A stretch of 9,483 bases of DNA from Octopus sinensis (GCF_006345805.1 NW_021827023.1:1-9483); one strand, 5' to 3'. Numbered from the stretch's first letter, positions 1 to 7,962 are shown. Numbers and translations: made by a program. The notes: generated from the sequence alone by a model not told the origin.

Positions 1-47
<47 letters not shown>

Positions 48-180
48 ATATATATATTAATATACATATATATATACATATATATATTTATTATATAATA
101 TATAACTATATATTCATCTACAACATACATACATACACACACACACGCACCACACACACACACACACACCACACACACTA

Positions 181-223
<43 letters not shown>

Positions 224-272
224 TAGATATATAGATATATATAATATACACACACGTTTTATTATTATATAT
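1..272. repeat. Compound microsatellite: (TA)n, (CA)n, (TA)n, (GA)n
   Basis: Read directly: TA runs 1-~110, CA ~123-178, TA ~179-204, AG 205-222, then degenerate TA. Confidence 0.95.
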
Positions 273-524
273 ATTGAATTTGATTGTATGAAAACTATGT
301 TTTCTATTGTCTCAGTCAGACTACTGTTTTTTTTTTCTCCTCTTTACTGAAAAGAGTGAAAGCAGACAGGGGAGGTAATTGTCAGGTGGGATATCTGCTC
401 ATCAGCGAAGTGGCGATAGAAGGCAGACATTTCGAAATTGTATTTGTGGCTTTCTGATAAACAAAAGACAAAGCAAAATAAAATAAACAAAACACATGAA
501 ACCACACACAAAAAAAGATAGTAT

Positions 525-527
<3 letters not shown>

Positions 528-577
<50 letters not shown>

Positions 578-594
578 TATATATATATTTATAT
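528..594. repeat. (TA)n microsatellite
   Basis: Near-perfect TA run. Confidence 0.95.
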
Positions 595-799
595 GTGTGA
601 AAAAATATGGCGACGAAGTTAATCGCGGTAATTGTGTTACGGTTTGTTGATGTTGTTGTTTTTAGTAAGCTATGTGGGAGGAAATATATGTGACCCTAGG
701 CAGGAGAAGAGAACGGAGGGTGAGAAACAATGACAGCAGAAGAGCATTATACCAAGATATTCTCATCTGAGACAAGCACACAATTAATACACTCCTGTG

Positions 800-810
800 T
801 GTGTAGACAC

Positions 811-843
<33 letters not shown>

Positions 844-1117
844 CATATATATGCGTCCATATATATGTATATACATACAAATATAAGTATGCGAATACGC
901 ACACACATACACAGACACACACATGTATATATGCACCTGATTATGTACATAGTATATGGATATACTCATGCACAGGAATGTGAGTATATATATGCATTAT
1001 ATATTGGAATATATATGTGTGTGTGTGTGTGAGTGTGCGTGCATTTGTATGTGAGTGTATATATGTGCACACGTGTACATATATATATATATCTATCTAT
1101 GTATCTATATCTATACA

Positions 1118-1152
<35 letters not shown>

Positions 1153-1319
1153 ATATATTTATATAGATAGATATAGATATGTTTATATATATATATAATA
1201 TATATATATATATTATATATCTATATATATAAATATGTATGTATATATAAATATGTAAATATACATATATATATGTTTGTGTATATATATATATATATGT
1301 ATGTATATATATACATACA

Positions 1320-1379
<60 letters not shown>

Positions 1380-1390
1380 CATATATACAT
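800..1390. repeat. Degenerate compound microsatellite or low-complexity tract (TA, CA, TG, TCTA)
   Basis: TA from ~812, TG ~1015-1035, (TCTA)n ~1092-1150, TA/TACA to 1390. It explains the YIYI/CVCV ORFs. Confidence 0.9.
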
Positions 1391-1738
1391 AACTCTTTCA
1401 CTTCGACTTTAAGTTCCACATTTAATGACTTATTGACCAGGTTAATACGGCGTTAAATTGAAAGCTAAAGTCCCAATGAAAATCAATATTTTTTATATTT
1501 CGCTTCAACCGAGTTCAACGGAAGTTCTCAAAGTAGACATCGCGATAAATAAATTCATGTTTTAAAAAAAAAAATTGAAAAAAAAACGTTGGATTGAAAA
1601 AAATCGTATGGCCGACCGTGAAGCGCGAACCCATATAATCGTCAACATGGCAGTGGTGGTACCGTTGAAGCAAATCAATCCATTTTTTATCGTTCGTACC
1701 TGCAGGAGGTTTATCTTGTTGATGTTTCGACTTTTCGT

Positions 1739-1775
1739 CTTTTCTTTTATTCTGCAACCTTGCTGGAGCACTACC
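1739..1775 (-). mobile_element. Short remnant of a SINE 3' end, related to the SINE at 6678-7105
   Basis: The reverse complement of 1752-1775 (GGTAGTGCTCCAGCAAGGTTGCAG) matches 7041-7064 (GGCGGTGCTCCAGCATGGCCGCAG) at 19/24. It is followed by AATAAAAGAAAAG, resembling the AGTAAAAGAG tail. Confidence 0.5.
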
Positions 1776-1801
1776 ATGTTAAAATGGCTACGAATATTAC
1801 T

Positions 1802-1811
1802 TGTTAGTATA
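1802..1811 (+). repeat. Left copy of the target-site duplication of the RTE insertion (TGTTAGTATA)
   Basis: Matches 4761-4770 (TGTTAATATA) at 9/10 and sits exactly at the 5' truncation point. Confidence 0.75.
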
Positions 1812-4403
1812 TGGCTCAGAAACCTGGGCGTTATCAAAGAAGCTTGAGAGGCGGTTGGATGGAACTTCATCATCTGAAAAAGATTTTCTAATTATAAAGG
1901 GTATGGCCTGGTCAGCCTGTAATGACATGCATAAGATCTGGTCATCAAATCTAAGTAGAGACTTCAAACTTGAAATCTTCAAAGCCACAGTCGAACCAAT
2001 TCTACTCTATGGCTCAGAAACCTGGACGTTATCAAAGAAGCTTGAGAGGCGGTTGGATGGAACTTCATCATCTGAAAAGATTTTTAATTATAAAGGGTAT
2101 GGCCTGGTCAGCCTGTAATGACATGCATAAGATCTGGTCATCAAATCTAAGTAGACTTCAACTTGAAATCTTCAAAGCCACAGTCGAACCAATTCTACTC
2201 TATGGCTCAGAACCTGGACGTTATCAAAGAAGCTTGAGAGGCGTTGGATGGAACTTCATCATCTGAAAAAGATTTTCTATTATAAAGGGTATGGCCTGGT
2301 CAGCTGTCATGACATGCATAAGATCTGGTCATCAAATCTATAGAGACTTCAAACTTGAAATCTTCAAAGCCACAGTCGAACCAATTCTACTCTATGGCTC
2401 AGAAACCTGGACGTTATCAAAGAAGCTTGAGAGGCGGTTGGATGGAACTTCATCATCTGAAAAAGATTTTCTAATTATAAAGGGTATGGCCTGTCAGCCT
2501 GTCATGACATGCATAGATCTGGTCATCAAATCTAAGTAGAGACTCAAACTTGAAATCTTCAAAGCCACAGTCGAACCAATTCTACTCTATGGCTCAGAAA
2601 CCTGGACGTTATCAAAGAAGCTTGAGATGCGGTTGGATGGACTTCATCATCTGAAAAAGATTTTCTAATTATAAAGGGTATGGCCTGGTCAGCCGTAATG
2701 ACATGCATAGATCTGGTCATCAATCTAAGTAGAGACTTCAAACTTGAAATCTTCAAAGCCACAGTCGAACCAATTCTACTCTATGGCTCAGAAACCTGGA
2801 CGTTATCAAAGAAGCTTGAGAGGCGTTGGATGGAACTTCATCATCTGAAAAAGATTTTCTAATTATAAAGGGTATGGCCTGGTCACCCTGTAATGACATG
2901 CATAAGATCTGGTCATCAATCTAAGTAGAGACTTCAAACTTGAAATCTTCAAAAGCCACATCGAACCAATTCTACTCTATGGCTCAGAAAACTGGACGTT
3001 ATCAAAGAAGCTTGAGAGGCGGTTGGATGGAACTTCATCATCTGAAAAAGATTTTCTAATTATAAAGGGTATGGCCTGGTCAGCCTGTAATGACATGCAT
3101 AAGATCTGGTCATCAAATCTAAGTAGAGACTTCAAACTTGAAATCTTCAAAGCCACAGTCGAACCAATTCTACTCTATGGCTCTCAGAAACTGGACGTTA
3201 TCAAAGAAGCTGAAGCGGTTGGATGGAACTTCATCATCTGAAAAAGATTTTCTAATTATAAAGGGTATGGCCTGGTCAGCCTGTAATGACATGCATAAGA
3301 TCTGGTCATCAAATCTAAGTAGAGACTTCAAACTTGAAATCTTCAAAGCCACAGTCGAACCAATTCTACTCTATGGCTCAGAAACCTGGACGTTATCAAA
3401 GAAGCTTGAGAGGCGGTTGGATGGAACTTCATCATCTGAAAAAGATTTTCTAATTATAAAGGGTATGGCCTGGTCAGCCTGTAATGACATGCATAAGATC
3501 TGGTCATCAAATCTAAGTAGAGACTTCAAACTTGAAATCTTCAAAGCCACAGTCGAACCAATTCTACTCTATGGCTCAGAAAACTGGACGTTATCAAAGA
3601 AGCTTGAGAGGCGGTTGGATGGAACTTCATCATCTGAAAAAGATTTTCTAATTATAAAGGGTATGGCCTGGTCAGCCTGTAATGACATGCATAAGATCTG
3701 GTCATCAAATCTAAGTAGAGACTTCAAACTTGAAATCTTCAAAGCCACAGTCGAACCAATTCTACTCTATGGCTCAGAAAACTGGACGTTATGAAAGAAG
3801 CTTGAGAGGCAGTTGGATGGAACTTCATCATCTGAAAAAGATTTTCTAATTATAAAGGGTATGGCTGGTCAGCCTGTAATGACATGCATAAGAATCTGGT
3901 CATCAAATCAAGTAGAGACTTCAAACTTGAAATCTTCAAAGCCACAGTCGAGCCAATTCTACTCTAGGCTCAGAACCTGGACTTTATCAAAGAAGCTTGA
4001 GAGGCGGTTGGATGGAACTTCTCATCTGAAAAGATTTTCTAATTATAGGGTATGGCCTGGTCAGCCTGTAATGACATGCATAAGATCTGGTCATCAAATC
4101 TAAGTAGAGCTTCAAACTTGAAATCTTCAAAGCCACAGTCGAACCAATTCTACTCTATGGCTCAGAAACCTACGTTATCAAAGAAGCTTGAGAGTGGTTG
4201 GATGGAACTTCATCATCTGAAAAAGATTTTCTAATTATAAAGGTATGGCCTGGTCAGCCTGTAATACATGCATAAGATCTGGTCATCAAATCTAAGTAGA
4301 GACTTCAAACTTGAAATCTTCAAAGCCACAGTCGACCCATTCTACTCTATGGCTCAGAAACCTGGACGTTATCAAAGAAGCTTGAAAGGCGGTTGGATGG
4401 AAC
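1810..4403 (+). repeat. Tandem array of a 198-bp unit, about 13.3 copies, derived from the RTE ORF
   Basis: The ATGGCTC anchor (or a one-base variant) occurs at 1811, 2009, 2202, 2394, 2589, 2783, 2979, 3177, 3373, 3571, 3769, 3966, 4157 and 4349. Periods are 191-198 bp and intact units are 198 bp. The GGAAC|TTC junction occurs 13 times. Confidence 0.97.
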
Positions 4404-4762
4404 CTATACTCGCCTTCTTATGAGAGCTCAAAATCTCTCGTCTAGGCGCCATCCAACCAAATGCAAATATATGGGAACTAATCTGGTATCATCTCTTGTG
4501 AACTACCCCTGTGTCTATCTCGTGTGAAGTATAAGAGTCCAGTTGCTGGACATTGTTGTAGAGCTGAACAATGGTAATTTATACTCTTCTCCTCTGGAAG
4601 CCATCTGCTCGCGATACCAGAGGCCGCACACTCTCCTACCCTGATGTAATCTCCAGGGATACAGGCATCCAGCAACAGGACCTCCGTAATGGATCGTGAA
4701 GTCTGGCTTAGCATGGTAAATTCCATTGTCTCGACCACGGTCGAACAATGATGATGATGATG
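1812..4762 (+). mobile_element. 5'-truncated RTE-type non-LTR retrotransposon (post-RT thumb and C-terminal region) with an internal tandem amplification and a (TGA)n tail
   Basis: The translation SSSEKDF...AWSACNDMHKIWSS...IFKATVEPILLYGSETWTL...LDGTYTRLLMRAQNLS..RHPT...GHC.RAEQ...LLLWKP...RGRTLSYPD...DREVW...EQ* carries the LLYGxExW, GH and DRxxW motifs typical of RTE-group ORF C-termini. It has a short tandem-repeat tail and a flanking TSD. No YADD or endonuclease region is present. Confidence 0.88.
4404..4751 (+). pseudogene. Single-copy, frameshifted C-terminus of the RTE ORF
   Basis: Continues in frame from the last unit (DGT-YTRLLMRAQNLSSRRHPTK), then has several frameshifts. It ends ...SMVNSIVSTTVEQ with TGA at 4749-4751. 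Confidence 0.82.
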
Positions 4763-4770
4763 TTAATATA
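4749..4770 (+). repeat. (TGA)4 retroposon tail plus right TSD copy (TGTTAATATA, 4761-4770)
   Basis: TGATGATGATGA at 4749-4760. The TG at 4761-4762 is shared between tail and TSD (microhomology). Confidence 0.8.
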
Positions 4771-4837
4771 ACTACTGCGTTGTTCTCTTAGAGAGATTTT
4801 AGAACATATTTGCTTATTGTAAAATAATAGTAATGTG

Positions 4838-5573
4838 ACCGAGAGCAGTAATATTAGCAGCACAAGACCAAACTTTGGCCACAAACTCGTGGGTCAGCTT
4901 GAGGAATGAGCAAGTGTCTCCGCTGTAGTGCATCTAAAATTCTGTGGATGAAACCATTGCCCATATCACGAATGAATGCCCTACACTTGTTCAAAGCCAC
5001 TACAATTTGTGGCAACACGACCAGGTAGCGAAAGTTCTACATTAGAAACTGTGCAAAAAGTGGGGGCTACAGACAGGTAAACCGCAGTGAATGGCGGAGT
5101 TGGAGACCAGCAAAATCTTGTGGGATTTCCTAATTTAAAAAGATCAGGTGTTAGAGCATAACAGACCGGACCTAGTGATGGTGGACAAGATGCACCACAT
5201 ATACTGTATAGTTGATGTTGCTTAACCTATTTTCCCACGAATAGTCAAGAAGTGGGGTGAAAAAGTAGATAAGTACAACTCTCTTTAGTAAGAAATTGCC
5301 CGGATATAAAAAATGAAGGTGAAGATAGTACCAGTTACTTTTGGGTTTTGGGGAACAGTATCAGAAGGCATCAAGAGGGATATAAAGGAAATTGGAATAG
5401 AGTACCCAGTAGAAGTGTTACAAAGCGGTTACCTACTTGGCACGGTCAGAATAATCTGGAAGGTATTACAGAGTTGAAAATAACGAATAGCATGATACCG
5501 TAGGTTTCAAGTAGAGAACACGTTACACATGAAAGACTCCAGGAGCTCCAACAAAACCTGTACTAAAGCGAAA
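4838..5573 (+). mobile_element. Decayed 3' fragment of an R4/Dong-type (RLE-encoding) non-LTR retrotransposon; coding remnant 4838-5477, putative 3' UTR to ~5573
   Basis: A single frame 4845-5477 reads AVILAAQDQTLATN...ETIAHITNECP...HDQVAKVLH*KLC...KILWDFLI*KD...HNRPDLVMVDK...IVDVA*P...EKVDKYNSL**EIARI*...VPVTFGFWG...LQSGYLLGTVRIIWKVLQS*. This shows a degenerate CCHC knuckle, an RHD-like motif and the PD..D..K restriction-like endonuclease, with 9 internal stops. Confidence 0.88.
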
Positions 5574-5642
<69 letters not shown>

Positions 5643-5676
5643 CATTATTATTATTATCATTATTATTATTATTATT
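5574..5676. repeat. (ATT)n microsatellite
   Basis: About 34 units with two ATC variants. Confidence 0.97.
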
Positions 5677-6232
5677 GAGTGAGAGAGCAGTGCATGCCAT
5701 CAAAGTGACACTGGGGTAAACTATACGAAGCCCAATATACCCATCATGACTACCCGTCTGATAAGGGTACACTAGGCACATGCGTCCCAACCAAATGTGC
5801 TCGACATGGTGATCTCATATCAAGATAAACAGCACATGACCTTCCAGGTGGGGCCCAGTTAGAATTTTTTCTTCAGGTTGAGTAGCCCATCCCACTCAAA
5901 AGGTCACTGAATAAGGGTTGTTTAAGGATGTTGAACGAAACACCTATGTTTCCAGAGGTGAATTATTCAAACCCCAAAGAATCCCTCTCAACACATGGCT
6001 ATGATGCTCCCCCACTACTTTTGCTCGTGATCAGAGATGCACATATCGTCAGCCACTAAGGGAAATGCTCAACTGGTTAAGGTCAAACAACTGACAAGCA
6101 AATCTGTGGTATTGAGCAGAATATTTGCTGTAGCCCATCTTTTATACCAAGACAAAACAATGTACATGATAACACTTCCAATTAGTTAAGATCAGAACCC
6201 ATGAGAGCCACTGCCTGGTACTGCTTCAGGAC
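5677..6232 (-). mobile_element. 556-bp non-coding interspersed element embedded in (ATT)n, probably a non-autonomous retroposon
   Basis: A complex-sequence block with sharp edges against (ATT)n on both sides and no long ORF. It resembles an abundant octopus repeat from recollection only (not verified). The strand is inferred from a (TAA)n-tail model. Confidence 0.55.
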
Positions 6233-6282
6233 ATTATCATTATTATTATTATTATTATTATCATTATTATTATTATTATTAT
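6233..6282. repeat. (ATT)n microsatellite
   Basis: ATT run with ATC variants. Confidence 0.95.
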
Positions 6283-6435
6283 AGTGTGGTTGTATACTGT
6301 CAACTTAACGTGGCAGTCCTGTAAAGGGAATTACACCACCGCTGTTTAGCCCTAGGAAGCATCGACGCTTCCTGTCGGCCTTGACACATTTCCTGTGTCC
6401 TTATATATTTACGAAGGGGAGACAAATACCCTCAA

Positions 6436-6519
6436 CAGCTAGGCCTGCATCTAGAGATACGCATGTTTCAGGGGCTTTGCCCATCATCAGTCTAGAGTAG
6501 TAGCAGGGCCTGCTAGCTG
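6436..6519 (-). ncRNA. Type I hammerhead ribozyme-like motif (minimal stem III)
   Basis: The minus strand reads UCUAGA-CUGAUGA-U-GGGC-AAA-GCCC-CU-GAAA-C-AUGC-GUA-UC-UCUAGA. Core CUGAUGA = 6490-6484, GAAA = 6469-6466, GUA = 6460-6458. Stem I extends through CAGCUAG/CUAGCUG (6519-6513 with 6442-6436). There are imperfections at the base of stems I and II. Confidence 0.65.
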
Positions 6520-6540
6520 ACGATATCTGTCTAGACTTCG

Positions 6541-6617
6541 TATATAATATATATATATATATTTATATGTATCATATATATATTTATAAATATATATATA
6601 TATATTATATATATATA

Positions 6618-6665
<48 letters not shown>

Positions 6666-6677
6666 TAATATATAATA
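6541..6677. repeat. (TA)n microsatellite
   Basis: Imperfect TA run. Confidence 0.95.
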
Positions 6678-7105
6678 GGCGCAGGAGTGGCTGTGTGTAA
6701 GTAGCTTGCTAACCAGCCACATGGTTCCGGGTCAGTCCCACTGCGTGGCATCTTGGGAAGTGTCTTCTGCTATAGCCCGGGTCGACCATTGCTTTGTGAG
6801 TGGATTTGGTAGACGGAAACTGAAAGAAGCCTGTCGTATATATGTATATATATATATATATATATTGTGTGTGTGTGTGGTGTGTGTTTGTGTGTCTGTG
6901 TTTGTCCCCCTACCATTGCTTGACAACCGATGCTGGTGTATTTATGTCCCTGTTACTTAGCGGTTCGGCAAAAGAGACCGATAGAATAAGTAGTGGGCTT
7001 ACAAAAGAATAAGTCCCGGGGTCGAGTTGCTCGATTAAAAGGCGGTGCTCCAGCATGGCCGCAGTCAAATGACTGAAACAAGTAAAAGAGAAAAAGAGTA
7101 AAGAG
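6678..7105 (+). mobile_element. tRNA-derived SINE of octopus type with an internal (TA)n(TG)n microsatellite
   Basis: A-box-like TGGCTGTGTGT at 6688-6698 and B-box-like GGGTCAGTCCC at 6729-6739, each apparently missing one base. CORE-like TCTTGGGAAGTG at 6751-6762, internal microsatellite 6837-6900, and 3' end GTGCTCCAGCATGGCCGCAGTCAAATGACTGAAAC followed by an (AGTAAAAG)-like tail. Confidence 0.85.
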
Positions 7106-7240
7106 ATATATTTTCAGTGACGTTTATTCACTGATCACCAACATCAGAAATATTAAATTTCTAAATATCTGATAGAGATATGTACGGTGGTGGGGCGATA
7201 GAGTGGTTCTGTACTGTCAACTTAACGTGACGGTCCTAGT

Positions 7241-7277
7241 ATTATAATTATTATTATCATTAATAATAATGATAATA

Positions 7278-7326
<49 letters not shown>

Positions 7327-7560
7327 CATGGTAATAATAATAATAATAATAATAATACAATAATAATAATAATGATAATCATAATAATAATAATAATAAT
7401 ATAATAATAATAATCATAATAATAATAATTAATAATAATGATAATAATAATAATGATAATGATAATACTAATAATAATCATAATAATAATAATAATAATA
7501 ATAATGATAATAAATAACAACAACAACAACAACAACAATAATGATAAATATCATTATTAT
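7241..7560. repeat. (AAT)n microsatellite with GAT/CAT variants and an internal (AAC)n block
   Basis: Read directly; AAC at ~7516-7536. Confidence 0.95.
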
Positions 7561-7565
7561 TCTTT

Positions 7566-7566
<1 letters not shown>

Positions 7567-7596
<30 letters not shown>

Positions 7597-7634
7597 AAGA
7601 AGAAGAAGAAGAAGAAGAAGAAGAAGAAGAAGAA
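7567..7634. repeat. Perfect (AAG)22 microsatellite
   Basis: Uninterrupted AAG at 7567-7632 plus AA. Confidence 0.97.
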
Positions 7635-7785
7635 AGGGCCACAATTTGTAAAGGAAGAACATATCCGATTAAATCTAACCCACAATGCCACAGTCCTATA
7701 ATTCGGAGCGGCCGCTTAGATCCGTGAATACAAACCTAACCATGTAGAAAATTTGAAGATGGTGGGTGCGGGGAAAGATGGGAAG

Positions 7786-7949
7786 AACGTGTTTTCAAAA
7801 CGTGGATGAAATATGGCTGCCAAATCACGTGACTTATTAAACAACAGAAACCCAAATAAAGAGAAACTGAGCAAATTTTTTTAAAACATTGCACGTGAAA
7901 GAAAATCATATTGAATTAATAATTAAATTTGAAGAAATGCACGTGCATT
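7786..7949. promoter_or_regulatory. Candidate bHLH E-box cluster
   Basis: AACGTG at 7786 and 7799; CACGTG at 7826, 7892 and 7940. Motif evidence only. Confidence 0.3.
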
Positions 7950-7962
7950 GAGGCATATAAGA

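Larger units (their letters stand above)
6286..7237 (-). mobile_element. Putative Penelope-like or retrozyme-type unit with 35-bp terminal direct repeats, interrupted by (TA)n and a SINE
   Basis: 6286-6320 matches 7203-7237 at 31/35. It contains a hammerhead-like motif and several perfect hairpins. Confidence 0.45.

Noticed and set aside
361-405. Second hammerhead (CUGAUGA on the minus strand at 405-399 with an AGCAGA/UCUGCU stem)
   Set aside because: The stem is followed by UUC, not GAAA, so the core is incomplete.
662-1419. ORFs rich in YI/CV/HT
   Set aside because: They are translations of TA/TG/CA microsatellites.
1515-1873. ORFs 1515-1757(-), 1562-1873(-) and 1575-1847(+) as host exons
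   Set aside because: They have no recognisable domain and span poly-A runs, a SINE remnant and the RTE boundary.
1861-1875. Spliceosomal back-splice origin for the repeat junction
   Set aside because: The native sequence after GGAAC is CTATAC (4404 onward), with no GT donor, so a canonical back-splice is unsupported.
1810-4403. CRISPR array or host tandem-repeat protein gene
   Set aside because: There are no unique spacers. The unit is LINE ORF sequence that continues into a LINE 3' end.
4478-4748. Minus-strand ORFs of 86 and 77 aa
   Set aside because: They are antisense to the RTE C-terminal coding remnant.
6300-6440. HDV-like or pistol ribozyme
   Set aside because: Isolated motif resemblances (GGCUAA, CCACGUUAA) exist, but the spacing and pseudoknot pairings do not fit.
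7704-7724. NotI site within the palindrome AGCGGCCGCT as a vector or linker
   Set aside because: It is a single site with no adjacent polylinker sequence.
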